A DNA stretch of 64,000 nucleotides from the human T2T-CHM13v2.0 reference genome, Homo sapiens. Of the stretch, positions 21,098 to 40,749 are shown piece by piece. The DNA is taken from NCBI RefSeq assembly GCF_009914755.1, contig NC_060948.1; one strand, 5' to 3'. A program made the position numbers and the translations under genes. The notes beneath the pieces are model-generated. The model did not search any database and was not told where the DNA came from. It saw only the letters and a list, made by a program, of their open reading frames with translations. Position 1 is the first letter of the stretch, and each line of letters begins with the position of its first letter.

Positions 21098-21848
21098 CAT
21101 TTTTTTTTTTATAATTTTGAATTGTGGAAAAATACACATCACATAAAGTTTAGCATTTTAACCATTTTTACGTACACAGTAAAGTGGTATTAAATACATT
21201 CATATTGTTATGTAGCCATCACTGCCATGCATCTCCAAAATATTTTCATCTTGCCAAATGGAAACTCTGTTCCCATTAAACATTAAGTCCCCACCTTTTC
21301 CTCGCCCAACCCCTATAACTACCCCATTCTACTTTCTGTCTCTAAAAATTTAAAGGTACTCTGTGTACCTCATAGGAGTGGAATCCTACAGTATTTGTCC
21401 TTTGGGGATTGGTTTATTTCACTTAGCATTAATGTCCTCAAGGTTAGCCCACATTGCAGCATGCATCTGAATATCCTTCCTTTTTTATGGCTGCGTAATA
21501 TTCCATCATTTGGATACACCACATTTTGCTTATCCATCTGCCTGTGGAGGGACACAGTTTCTCTCCACCTTTTAGGATTGGATTATTTCACTTAGCATTA
21601 ATGTCCTCAAGGTTAGCCCACATCGCAGCATGCATCTGAATACCCTTCCTTTTTTATGGCTGCGTAATATTCCACCGTTTGGATATACCACATTCTGCTT
21701 ATCCATTTGCTTCTGGAAGGACACAGTTTCTCTCCACCTTCGGGTTATTGTAAGTAATACTGCTGCTGCAAACGTGGTTTGTGCAAATATCTGTTGGAGA
21801 CCCTGTTTCCAATTCTTTGAGGTATATACCCAGCAGTGGAATTCCTGG
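21098..21848 (-). mobile_element. Old L1M (L1MB-like) 3' end with a 169-bp internal tandem duplication
   Basis: acataaagtttagcattttaacc...ggtttatttcacttagcat...tatatacccagcagtggaatt. Confidence 0.8.
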
Positions 21849-22319
21849 TGCCATCTGTTCTTACTTTTTATTTCATGGAATGCTGTTTTATTGGGGACCC
21901 AAGAATTTGGCAGGCTCAGTCTATCCTCAGGGAGTCAGTGAAGTTCAATAATAAAGAAACTCTCCAGGTCGTCCCTCCTTAAAAGTCAGGTTCCTTCAAG
22001 ACAGAATACAAGTGACCTGCCCTCAGGCAAAAGGGATGCCGGCAACGTTGCACCACTGGTGCAACACCAGTATGCACCAAGGCATAACCCAAGATTTAAG
22101 ACGCAGCCAAGAGCCCTTTCCCAGGAGGAGCCATAGGTAGGAATTCTCAGGCAGGCAGGGGACTGGGGGAAAAAATAAACCCACCTAGGGGTGGAATCCT
22201 GCCAAGTAAGAGAGGAATATAGAAGGCAGCAGACACAGGGGTCACACCCAGAAATGCAAAGGCTGATGTGAAAAGCCTGCCACGAAGCACCCAGCCCATC
22301 TTAAGTGAAATTCAAGAGG

Positions 22320-22607
<288 letters not shown>

Positions 22608-23027
22608 TCAAGAGGGACTGTGAAAAGAGCAGTGATTGCTACACAGTCCAAGGCGATCCATGGGGATGAGTCAGCAATTATGCATCCAACGAAGTGAGGT
22701 TTGCAAGGTGAGGAAGGAGGAGGGAAAACGCTGTCGTTCACCATCCCTCGCCACAGGGAGGCCACAGGCAATGCCAGCAATTCAAACGTGCTGCTTAAAC
22801 AAAGCATCCTGGTCCTTCCTGGGGAAATGGAAATGGGTATGACGGTCAGGGAGGGTGACGCTACCCTCAAGCCCAGCCCTTCACTTCAATGGGATTTAAA
22901 TGCCATGCATGTTACAGTTCAGTTTTATGAAACCTCTGCTTTTATCTAAAGCATATATAATTTCATAAAGTATATGTAAAGCATTTATCATTTTATATAT
23001 GCAGCACATACAATTTTAGGAGGAAAT

Positions 23028-23152
23028 GATGGTGCACGCCTGTAGTCCCAGCTCCTCGAGAGGCTGAGGTGGGAGGATCGCTTGAGTTCCAGAGGCAAAG
23101 CCAGCCCGGACAACACAGCAAGACTCACGTCTCTTAAAAAATAAAATAAAAT
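23028..23152 (+). mobile_element. FLAM/Alu monomer
   Basis: Single monomer with A-rich tail. Confidence 0.75.
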
Positions 23153-23157
23153 AAGTA

Positions 23158-23945
23158 GGTATATAATTTTATGTATATATTAATTTTATATTTTGTATAC
23201 TGATATATATGTATTATATATTATATGTTACAATGTTTATTTATATTATATATTATGATATATGCTTATTATATATTATATTTATTATATATTATGTGTT
23301 ACATAGTATGATATATATAAAATAATATATACATAAAATTAAACATCCAATAACTATAGTTTATACTTATATATTATAAATTCGTGTTTATTATAAAGTA
23401 TGATATAAAAATATATACTAAATATAAATATATACTATTTATAGAATAGCATAAATATTTAATATAAATTATTTATAATGACATACAAATATAATTTATA
23501 GTTATCATTATATATTTATGTAATATATATTTTATATATACACAAAATGTATTGTGCATATTATATTGTTTTATATATAAATATATAAATAAAATATATC
23601 AAAGTATATCTTGTATATAATTTTATATTACAAATATATGTTAGAAAATATATATACATTACAAAATGTAACATACATATGAATGTGAATTCATATGTAT
23701 ATACATTATAATATAAATTCATATTATGTCATTATGTATTTAATATATACATTGAACATAATACATCATATATAATAATACATTATAATTTAATGTATAT
23801 GCTTTATAATAATAAATATATAGTAAGTATATAAACCTAAAATATTAATATAGATCAAATATATAAATGTGTATACAATAAATATATGAACCTAAAATAT
23901 GAATATATATAAAGTAGATGAATATAACACATAAACAAACTATAA
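23158..23945. repeat. AT-rich low-complexity (TA-rich) tract, ~800 bp
   Basis: Almost exclusively A/T, degenerate TA repeats. Confidence 0.9.
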
Positions 23946-24021
23946 ATGTCTAGACATTGACCATGTACAAGTGTGCAGTGTGGACAGTGAATGGAAATGT
24001 GAGCATGAAATGTGTGTTGAC

Positions 24022-24670
24022 GCCTCCCATCTCCTGTGCACACACAAGACACAGCGACCTCCCCATCTCCTGCGCACACACGACACACAGGGACCTCCCC
24101 ATCTCCTGTGCACACACATGACACACAGGGACCTCCCCATCTCCTGCACACACATGACACACAGGGACCTCCCCGTCTCCTCCGCACACACGACACACAG
24201 GGACCTCCCTGTCTCCGGCGCACACAGGACACCCAGGGACCTCCCCATCTCCTCTGCACACACGACACACAGGGACCTCCCCGTCTCCTGCACACAAGAC
24301 ACCCAGGGACCTCACCATCTCCTGCGCACACAAGACACCCAGGGACCTCCCCATCTCCTCTGCACACACGACACACAGGGACCTCCCCGTCTCCTGCACA
24401 CAAGACACCCAGGGACAGGGACCTCACCGTCTCCTGCGCACACACGACACACAGGGACCTCCCCGTCTCCTCCGCACACACGACACACAGGGACCTCCCT
24501 GTCTCCTGCGCACACACGACACACAGGGACCTCCCCGTCTCCTGCACACACGACACACAGGGACCTCCCCATCTCCTGGGCACACAACACCCAGGGACCT
24601 CCCTGTCTCCTGCACACACGACACACAGTGACCTGCCCGTCTCCTGCGCACACACAACACACAGGGACCA
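24022..24670. repeat. ~36-bp minisatellite (ACACAGGGACCTCCCCGTCTCCTGCGCACACACGAC-like), ~18 copies
   Basis: gggacctc recurs at 24090, 24128, 24164, 24200, 24236, 24272, 24306, 24342, 24378 and onward. Confidence 0.93.
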
Positions 24671-25080
24671 TTCGGGGTTCAGGGACGCGTGTCCATGGTA
24701 GGACCCCTGGCAATTTTTCTGATTTGCCCGAGCACTCATGAGTTTCATGACTGCTATGATTTTTCACAGAAGCTTGGCTGTGGGCAAGATGGGTTGGCAG
24801 ATGTAGGGGGAACCGGATGGAAGGCTGCTTGTGTCCGGGCTCACTGTCCTGGCGGCTGCAGGTGCCTAGGCCATGAGGACATCTGAGCAGACAGGGCGCC
24901 GGAGGAGAGGGCAGGACAAGAATGGGAGTGCAGACAGCAGGCTCCCTGTGAAGGCCAGTGGGCCCAGCTGAGACCCAGGGAGGGGTATACCTGCCCCACA
25001 GGAGAGACCTGGACTTGGCAGCAGCAGGGAGCTGGGGCAGGAGGGAAATCGGCCCCACCCACATGCTGCAAGCACGTCAG

Positions 25081-25802
25081 CCAGGTCAGAGTTCCAGGTG
25101 AGGACGAGGTTACAGCTACAGGTGATATGATGTCAGAGCTATCGGTGAGGATAGCCGGTTAGAGCTACAGGTGAGGGTAAGAGGTCAGAATGCCAGGTGA
25201 AGATGAGATTACAGCTACAGGTGAGGATGACATCACATTTACACGTGAGGATAACAGGTTAGAGCTACAGATGAGGATAAGAGTTGGAGTTGGGGCCGGG
25301 CACAGTGGCTCACGCCTGTAATCCCAGCACTTTGGGAGGCTGAGGCGGGCAGATCACAAGGTCAAGAGATCGAGACCGTCCTGGCCAACATGGTGAAACC
25401 CCATCTCTACTAAAAATACATAAATTAGATGGGCGTGGTGGCACGTGCCTGTAGTCCCAGCTACTCAGTAGGCTGAGGCGGGAGAATGGCGTGAACCTGG
25501 GAGGCGGAAGTTGCCGTGAGCCGAGATTGTGCCACTGCACTCCAGCCTGGGCAACACAGTGAGACTCCGTCTCATGAAAAAAAAAAAAAAGAGTTGGAGT
25601 TGGAGTTCCAGGTAGTGATGAGAGGTTGGACTTCCAGGTGACAATGAGTGGTCAGCATTACAGGTGATGGAGGGAGGTTGGAGTCCTAGGTGAGGACAAG
25701 TGGTCCGAGTACAGGTGATGGGGAGAGGTTCGAGTCCCAGGTGAGGATCAGTGGTCAGCGTTATAGGTGATGATAAGAGGTTGAAGTTCCAGGTAAAGAT
25801 AA
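25081..25802. repeat. Degenerate ~25-26-bp tandem array (CAGGTGA core) split by an Alu (25294-25590, +)
   Basis: Core recurs every 24-26 bp; Alu TSD aagagttggagttgg. Confidence 0.8.
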
Positions 25803-26597
25803 GCCATCACTGGGGCCAAGGACAGCCCGAGGTCACAGGGCTGGCTCAACCCTGATTCCTCCAAGACCTGTGTTCTTTCCTGCACCTGTTTCCTTGGAAC
25901 GAGTCTGTTCAGGACTCACACTCACCTGCTGCAGGGAGCTCAGCTCTCCAGCCCACCTGCACTCTCTCCAGAACCCCTCCCTGCCCGTGTGAAGCAGGAG
26001 GGTGTCACAGATCAGCACCCAACACACCTCGGCCACTGGGGCCAGCCAGGGGGTGGAGGGGCCGAGCTACGTAAGTCCCTGCGCGCACCACAAAGGGGGC
26101 TTGTACTGTGTCTAGAAACCTTTCATTTCTGTTTTGAGTTTACTTTCTCACTGGGGTTCCACTCCTGGCAGACCTCCCTTTTTCCCATAGAGAGGCCGCA
26201 CGCAGAATTTCCATGCATCTGGAACCCCGGCTGCTTGGAAACATGTAGCGCCTCCTGTCATGCCCCATCGGTGACCAGAGAGGACTGAGTAAGGGATGTT
26301 CCCGTGACTGCAAGGAAGGCATGGATGGGGGCGTGTCCACCTCCAGCGGAACCCCCAGGGGACTTGGAATTTGGAGGCAGAGTCTGAGGCCAACACTTCA
26401 GAGTGACACACGCATGTTCAGGGTCACCTTACCAGAAGCCATGCATTTCCCTGATGAGCCAGGGGGGTGACTATGTCTCCCCAAGTTCTTGTCCCATGAC
26501 CTGGGGTCAGGACACAGTGTGCTGATGTCACACCATGTCACACAGCTGTAGTATGCCTCTATCAGCAATGCAACTAGATATTCTATTCCTGCCCGAT

Positions 26598-27472
<875 letters not shown>

Positions 27473-27473
27473 C

Positions 27474-28140
<667 letters not shown>

Positions 28141-28630
28141 CTGGCATTCACCCCTCTTGAGACACAGTGGGAAAGAAACTGTGAATAGTTATTTTCACAC
28201 GTGCCGCCTGTGCTCTGGTGGGAGAAGAGCAATGAGAACACTCGCCTTGTTTCTCTACCTCGGTTCTCATTCACAGACAAAAAAAAAACAACAGTAACAC
28301 AGCCAGGCAGGGTAGAGATAACTCCCTCCACTGACAGAGACATTTTTTTTTCCCATTTTAACAACACTCATTAATTCTTATCTGTTAAATAGCGCGTAGA
28401 ATTTGTGCCTCTAAACCCACTCGATAATCTTTTGGGTAATTAACTTGTAAAACAACCCCAGTCCTCGTTACGGGCGGGATGGAAAAATGTGAAGTAGCGC
28501 ATTTGCAAAGCAGACCATACACAATTACTTATTAAACATGCCCCAGGTGTGCCGGCAAGTCGGCGGCAAGTGGAAGCCCTCAGCCTTGTCGTCTAATGGA
28601 AGAAGATTAAAAAGTGCCAATATCCTCAGA

Positions 28631-28669
<39 letters not shown>

Positions 28670-28758
28670 CATATGCCAACAGGCTGATCTCACACACATA
28701 GATACATATGCCAACAGGCTGATCTCACACACATAGATACATATGCCAACAGGCTGAT
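28631..28758. repeat. (GC)3(AC)n followed by three 35-bp tandem copies
   Basis: atagatacatatgccaacaggctgat at 28663, 28698 and 28733. Confidence 0.92.
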
Positions 28759-29378
28759 ATATTCAGGGTCTGGAGAAGGATTACACAAAGAGATGAGTTG
28801 CGGAAGGGGGCTCGCTTGCAGACCCTTGTAGGTGAACAGGGGCAGGGATTAAGGAGCTCATGGTGCTGCAGAAGTATCTCTGAATGGATCAGGGCAACCG
28901 TGCATTCAATAGCAAAATATGTCAGTATGACTCATCTCAGAAACAGCCTTGCTTCCAACTGCAGGCGGTGATTTGGCCAGAGGTGGGCTCCAAGACTTGG
29001 GAAACACTCGTCAGAGCACCTCTAACCTCTACCTAACTCTAGCCCTAACCCTAAATATTAGGGAAATATGAGACTATGAGTTTTCAAAAAATAGCTGGGT
29101 ATGGTGGCTCACTGTGCCTGTCATCCCAGCACTTTGGGAGGCTCAGGTAGGAGGATCGCCTGAGGCTGGGAGTTGGAGACCAAAACCCAAAGAGGCTGTG
29201 AACCACAACACACCGTCATTTCTGGAAACGCACCGACTATCTGGGAGGCCCATGTGTGGATGTGCTTATTCTTAAGTATTTAAAGGCCCATGGAAAGGCG
29301 CTTTTGCTCTTTAGTGAAAATATATACTGGGCTCTATCGAGCCACGAAAAGACGCAAAGAAACGTTAAATGCATATTC

Positions 29379-29819
<441 letters not shown>

Positions 29820-30146
29820 ATAGAGATTTGGAAGGTTAAAATTAAACCTTACCACCCTGAGATATGAAGAGCCCTGAAGAGAAGGAACACAGTGAGACCT
29901 GCGAGGACCAATTAAACTTTCAGAGAGTGTGGGACATCTATGCCCACGCATGAGAACACATACGGTGACCTCAAGGAAAAATTACCAACAGGAACGCATG
30001 AGTCTATCTGTTTATCTACGCATATGCCTGTCTACAGCCTGACTCGGGACACTTCTCGAAAACATGAAAGAAACAAAAGGACTCACTATGAAAAGGAAAA
30101 CAGTCAATAAGGGCCATTTTATGTTTAAAAAAAAAAAAAAAACACA

Positions 30147-30827
<681 letters not shown>

Positions 30828-31829
30828 TTAAAACTTCTCGGGAATAAACATAATTAATCGTTGGCGAACACATTCACATAAAGTGCTGTGATTCCAACTT
30901 CAGCACAGACATGATCTCTCAAGGATTCTATGCCCTAAAATCATGTCACAAGAATTCTGTACATTAAAAATGGATACCCAGGGGTGTGGGGAGAATTCCG
31001 TGCCATCAACACTCACATCATCCTTTTTCCAAGTTTCGCAACCTCCTTAACAATCCTTCTACCCAATCCGAAAGTCTACAGGTTGAAGAAAAATTCTAGG
31101 TGTCTTCTTGCCCCAAGATATGTCTGCCTCCTGACTTGGAGTTCTCGCTCTGTTTGATGATGAAGACCAGTAGACACCTACACAGAGACTCTTGCATGTC
31201 ATCATGAATAACATATGTCCCAGTCATGTGTCACAGGTGAGCCTGTAAAACAGGCACTGAGGTAGATTGTCTCGGGAGCCACTGTGTTTCAGGCACTGAA
31301 TCAGAGACTCAGAAGATACCTGTGCACAGAATCCATCTCTGCCCTCACAAAGCTCTGATTTTAGCAGGGACAGGCGATGAGGAGGGTGAGTATTCCCAAA
31401 ACAACAACCCTCATCTCTTGCACGTGGAACGGGTCACAAAGAGCTCTCTTACTGACAACAAGCATTCATCCTACACTTCACTGACTCTTGTATTTTCAAT
31501 CTACTCAATTACGTTGATGACCTGTTATCAACCTTCATCCTGATTTCACAGTATTCTGTTTTCATGATAAATTCAAGTATTTTATAGGTCATTGGATAGG
31601 CCAAAATGATGGTTCACAAAGATCTATTTTCAAAGTAGAAGTGCCTCCCAAGGCGGCGTGCAAAATTTACCTTCTTGACACCCATCAATTACAGAAGGCA
31701 TTGACCAGTGATTTCTTTTATTGAAAACAAACTTGGTCTAATAACTGGGTGGAAGCACATGAACCAAACAGCTAGTCCCTCTTCTGATGAAGACGGCACA
31801 AGCTACTGGAAGAATAATATTTGGGAAGC

Positions 31830-32130
31830 TTTTTTTTTTTTTTTTTTAGATGAAGTTTTTCTCTGTCGCCCAGGCCGGAGTGCAGTGGCATGATCTCGGC
31901 TCACCGCAAACCTCCGCCTCCCGGGTCCAAGCCATTCTCCTGCCTCAGCCTCCTGAGTAGCTGGAATTACAGGCACCCGCCACCATACCTGACTAACATT
32001 TATATTTTTAGTAGAGATGGGGTTTCACCGTGTTGGCCAGGCTGGTTTCAAACTCCTGACCTCAAGCTATCTGCCCGCCTAGGCCTCCCAAAGAGCTGGG
32101 ATGACAGGCGTGAGCCATCGTGCCTAGCCA
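31830..32130 (-). mobile_element. AluS
   Basis: Antisense dimer; TSD-like ggaagct. Confidence 0.9.
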
Positions 32131-33434
32131 GGAAGCTAAATGAATCAGAAGATGCTGTTTGTGATTAAAGTTACACAATCATTATAGAAAATGAGGACAC
32201 CGTGCACCTTCCAAAGAGGATACACAGCACGTGTCTAGTCTGATCTCTCTTAGGATTTAGGATTACAGGGGTTCCACCATGGCATGTACGAGCTGCAAAA
32301 GAGAATGGGCCTGCCTTCAGTGCTTTTAAGAGTGTTTAACTGGTTATCTCTCCCCATCTGAGTTCATTTGAACACGGCTATGCCTTTCTGTGTTTGCTTT
32401 CATGGAGCCGCTGGGGTTTGATTTATTTATATTTGGAGGAGTTTCGGTAAGTGAATGAGACTATTTGTTCTAAGTAAGACAGCTTTCATCAGCACATAAT
32501 TACCCAGGAGCCACAAAGGTGTGGGCACAATGGCTAAGTGATGATAAGGAGTGAAAACGCTTCCCTGGAAAATCCCTAGCTTGGGAAATGAGCCATCTCG
32601 CCCAGATTCCTGAAAACAATCGCGCATTTATAATTCCGAGAGCTCAATTAGCCGTCCTTCTGTGGGCACGTAGCTTCCCATGCCCTGCCCAGCGTGGGAT
32701 CTCAGAGGAGCACGACTTCAAAGACAGAAAGTACAACAAAGTACGCAGGCCAGAGTATTAACCCAAGAACTAAGGAGAGAGAATTGAGAGCAGGAAAGGC
32801 AGGAGGGGAAAGCAGGCTAGACAGGCGCCCAGCATGTTGAAATAATTGTGTGACTGACACTCCACAGCAATCTGTGCTCCTGGAGTCAGGACGTGAGCCG
32901 ACTTGCTTAAAAATAAATCCACATGGCTGAACCGGGGTTACCCGATGCCGGGATCCCAGCAGAGCAAGAACGAAACAGCACATTCAGCTCCCTCTGTCCC
33001 TCGCTGGGCAACTGGAGGTTGTGGGGACAAGAATCAGAGTTCCAGCAGGTGCAGGCCAGTCCAGAGAGAAGCACAATTTAGAGCAAGGTTCGTACGGGTT
33101 TGGTGGAGGTGTGCCCAGGTCTCAGCTGAGGAGGGAAGGGATGCCTGTAGGAGCTGTGGTCGTCCATAAGATGTTGTGGGCAGCAGATACCACTCACAGG
33201 CAGAGGGCAGACCCTGCCGTGTGGCTGGACCACGGATCTGGGGGCTCCTGAGCCTGGAGGCAGACTCAGTCGAGGTAAAGGCTCAATGGCCACAGCCGAA
33301 ATGTCCCCACCCAGCTGGGCCTCAGCATCATCTATCAAGGACTGGAGAGTCCCCCAGCAGTGGACATACCAGGGCCACCACTGATGAATGTCCAAACCTG
33401 TTCAGATTTTAAACTTTTTTCTTTTAAAAAAAAA

Positions 33435-34030
<596 letters not shown>

Positions 34031-34291
34031 ACCCCATCTTCCCACCCTCTTACAAGATGGTAAAGCTTTTAAACAGCCACAGAAAGTGCAAACGATTCTT
34101 TTCTTCTTTTCTGTAAGATTGGCTTAAAGGCCATCGGTATTTATATGCCACAAGTAAACTAACATTTTTTAATGGTGGGGACAAATCATGTATTCGTCAT
34201 GCTACTTGTCCACAAAACACTGCACTTTAAAAACTGATGATCGAATATCCTACACAAACTTTTCCAAGAAAACAGCAATGATTTGTTATTG

Positions 34292-34592
<301 letters not shown>

Positions 34593-35121
34593 ATTATTGG
34601 TCAAAATTCATGTTGTCTAAATCTGAAACATTTTCAGAATCTAATAAAATTAAGTTGGTGATTATAAATCATTGTTTCTTGGCTGTCATTTTGGTTAGGT
34701 GGATCACATATGTGAATTTTGGGGAACTATATATAGTTTTTAAGCCGTTCAGATTAAAAGCAAAAAGTCATGAGAAAAGAATGCCTCACTTGTCAGTTTC
34801 CAGAAACTTCTCTTTGGGCTCCAGATTGATGGCTGAATGCCTTCAGGACAGCAGCAAGTGTACCATTTGAAGGTGCGTGGGGATCATTTAACGGCCTCAT
34901 AAGAATGCAGATTCCAGGGCCCCGCCCCCACCCCCAGAGGCCCCGATTCACAGATGGGCCCTGGGCACCTGCATTTCTTGTTTACTCCCCGGAAATGCTG
35001 ATGTGACAGGCCCGGAGAAGGCACTTTTGGATTCATTGTGTTAGAAAATGCCACTCCTTTGAAAACCTGCTGCAAATGAGGAAGGGCCAAGGTGGCAGGG
35101 AATAGGACCCCCTGTCACAGA

Positions 35122-35608
35122 TGAAACAGGAATTTTAAAAAATTTAAAAATGTATAAGCAAAAACTCAGTTGTATGTAAGAAAACCCAGTTCTCCCTGAG
35201 GAAGAGAAAGAGTTGAAGTCCATTAAAAATTAACTGCCTGTTTTTCTGCGGCTAATAAGCCTTGTCTCTTCCTTTCCCAAGCATTATAAAAACTCTGCTT
35301 CTCTAGCTATACAGCTACAAAGTCACTAGGCAAATAATCTCAAATCATAAAACATATTATTCCTTAAAAAATAAAAAATAATATAATGCATGTGTCAATT
35401 AAACAACTGTCTTTGTTTCTCACTTCTATAATATACTTCCCCCTACACAGAGCTCCCCCCGCCCCAGAAAATACTTAAAAAATAACCAAACTCTTTGTTC
35501 AAAACTCGGTCCTTTAAATGTTAATCCGACGGGGTCGGTACAAATAAATAATTAAATAATTCCTCCTCAACCCCTCGGTGTCTCTAATTCCTTAATTATC
35601 CCTCTACA
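35122..35608 (+). mobile_element. Class I ERV solo LTR (LTR15-like), G-depleted
   Basis: TG...CA termini and 4-bp TSD CAGA (35118-35121 / 35609-35612); internal sequence resembles recalled LTR15. Confidence 0.75.
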
Positions 35609-35925
35609 CAGAAACCAATCCTTTTGCCCCAAGGCAGATCCTAATGAGGAGAAAAGATCTGGCCAGGCTGCTGCCACTCTGTGACACTGTACACTGGGCT
35701 TGGCTCTGGCTGAGCGGGAGCTCCTGTGGGAGTGTGTTCCTGAAAATCACAGGGATCCTGCAATGCCGGCTATGAAATTTCAACATACCCCAGCCCTTGG
35801 CAGAGGTAATAACAAGGTGTTTCACAGCAGCTTAGGGTAGAAAGGAGGAGATAGGGGCATAGGCAGTGACCAGGCTCAGCTCTGTGTAGCGTTCATTTCA
35901 CTCTCATGGCTTTAAAAAGAATCAA

Positions 35926-36574
<649 letters not shown>

Positions 36575-36684
36575 TCAAAACACCATCTCAAATTCAAACA
36601 GCCAAGGAAGGGATGTGCATTTAAAAAAAAAAAAAAACATAAGGTACCACACATAAACATGGCCGAGAAAAGCACTTAGCATTT

Positions 36685-38678
<1,994 letters not shown>

Positions 38679-38823
38679 AGGACAGAGCATTGAGAATCTA
38701 GATGGATATTAGAAAGTTGTGTGCACACCTTCCTTAGTGTGAACAGACAGAAAGAGCACACCAGAATTTGGTCTAGCACCTGGTCGAAAATCTTAAGGGC
38801 AAGCATATTCCTGTTTGATTTAT

Positions 38824-39092
38824 CTTTTTTTCTTTCTTTCTTTTTTTTTTTGAGACGGAGTCTTGCTCTCTCTCCCAGGCAGTCCCAGATTCAAGCGATT
38901 CTCCTGCCTCAGCCTCCTGGGTCATTGGGATTACAGGCACATGCCACCATGCCTGGCTAATTTTTGTATTTTTAGTAGAGATTGGGTTTCACCATGTTGG
39001 CCAGGCTGGTCTCCAACTCCTGACCTCGTGATCCACCCGCCTCAGCCTCCCAAAGTGCTGGGATTACAGGCGCGAGCCACTGCGCCCGGCCT
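38824..39092 (-). mobile_element. AluS with an internal right-arm deletion
   Basis: cccaggcagtcccagattcaagc skips ~35 nt of the consensus. Confidence 0.88.
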
Positions 39093-39462
39093 GATTTATC
39101 TTAAGTCAAGAACTCCCAACCAGCAGAGGCACCTCCTGGCATGTGCCCTGGAGGTCAACAGGAAAGGACAATGGCTCCTGTTCCCTGGGGAACACACATT
39201 TGAGTAAGAGTGCAAGCTACCAGCACATCTGCATGCCTTTCCTAGCAGATGTCAGAGCTGAGTGATGCTATCTTCGCCTTGCCTTGACCATCTCCTGCTC
39301 TAGGATGGGGCCAGAAATCCCCAAAAGAAGAGTGCAAAAATCAGAGCCATCTCTCCCAAATGCCACCTGGCACGTGACTGAAGCTCAGCCATGAACCACG
39401 CAAACGACCTGTCCCAAGGAAAAAAAAAAACAAAAAAAAGCCATTGGAGTATCTCTCGGTAC

Positions 39463-39531
39463 CTTTGTCGTTCAAGGTTTCTTCTTTTATTTTGCTTACA
39501 ACTTGTTTGGCTTTGCTGTCATTATTTCCAG
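39463..39531 (-). CDS. DHRSX: DHRSX coding exon 3 (69 nt, phase 1-1): (A)GNNDSKAKQVVSKIKEETLNDK(V)
   Basis: Acceptor ttttttcttttttccttttag|CTGGAA and donor ACAAAG|gtaccg. It splices in frame with exon 2 (G+CT=Ala). It is too short to appear in the ORF track. Confidence 0.95.
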
Positions 39532-39988
39532 CTAAAAGGAAAAAGAAAAAAAAGATACGGTGACTTGTAGGATTATCCAGAAACTATTAACTGCAAAAAA
39601 AAAAAGAGGTTTTAAGAGAAGTATAACACAAATCTGAAATGTGCCTTTGATGGACTTTCCCTTTATCCTAGCGTCTAACTTGACAGCCATTTTGGCAGAC
39701 TAAAGCTATCCATTTAAGAGTCATTTTCTTTAGCCTGCATTGGCAAAAAGTACAAATGCATTTGACATTCTACTTTTCAATAGTGACAGGGACCCGGGGC
39801 ACCTGCTGGTGTAATTTGCACGTGAGAGCTGAGAATAGCATAAGCATAAAAAATGTGCATTAAAATGTCAGGATGGAAACGAATTTTCGAAGGAGCTTTT
39901 ATGCTGGAAACATCCCAGTGTGCACACACAGACTGCACGATGCACGTGATCACAGACCGTGGTTCCTACTACGTGCTCAGGATTTCTT

Positions 39989-40275
39989 TCTGTTTCTTTT
40001 TTTTAATTCTACTTTAAGTTCTGGGGCACATGTGCGGAATGTGCAGGTTGGTTACATAGGTATACACGTGCCATGGCAGTTTGCTGCACCCATCAACCCA
40101 TCATCTACATTAGGTATTTCTCCTAATGCTCTCCCTGCCCTGCCCCCTCAACCCCTCGACAGGCCCTGGTGTGGGATGTTCCCCTCCCTGTGTCCATGCG
40201 TTCTCATTGTTCAACTCCCACTTATGAAGGAGAACATGGGGTCTTTGGTTTTCTGTTCCTGCGTTAGTTGGCTGT
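39989..40275 (-). mobile_element. L1PA7/8-like 3' end
   Basis: 16-bp TSD gtgctcaggatttctt at 39973-39988 and 40276-40291; L1 3' UTR sequence. Confidence 0.9.
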
Positions 40276-40424
40276 GTGCTCAGGATTTCTTACTCCTCTC
40301 ACTGCACTTCCGTAAAACTCTCCAAGTGAGGTTTCAGGAACACGCCTTTAGAAGGATGGAAAGAGGTGTTTTGCTTGTTATAGCTAAAATAAAGACTAGG
40401 AAATCCGGGGTGAAAGAATGTTAA

Positions 40425-40749
<325 letters not shown>

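Noticed and set aside
23855-25064. Overlapping 220-297 aa ORFs on both strands
   Set aside because: Produced by a stop-poor 36-bp minisatellite.
25920-25980. Perfect minus-strand donor CAG|GTGAGT at 25925/25926
   Set aside because: The upstream acceptor is weak and there is no coding similarity; an isolated motif is expected by chance.
29020-29063. Telomere-like ctaaccctaa stretch
   Set aside because: Only about two good hexamers, compatible with chance or low complexity.
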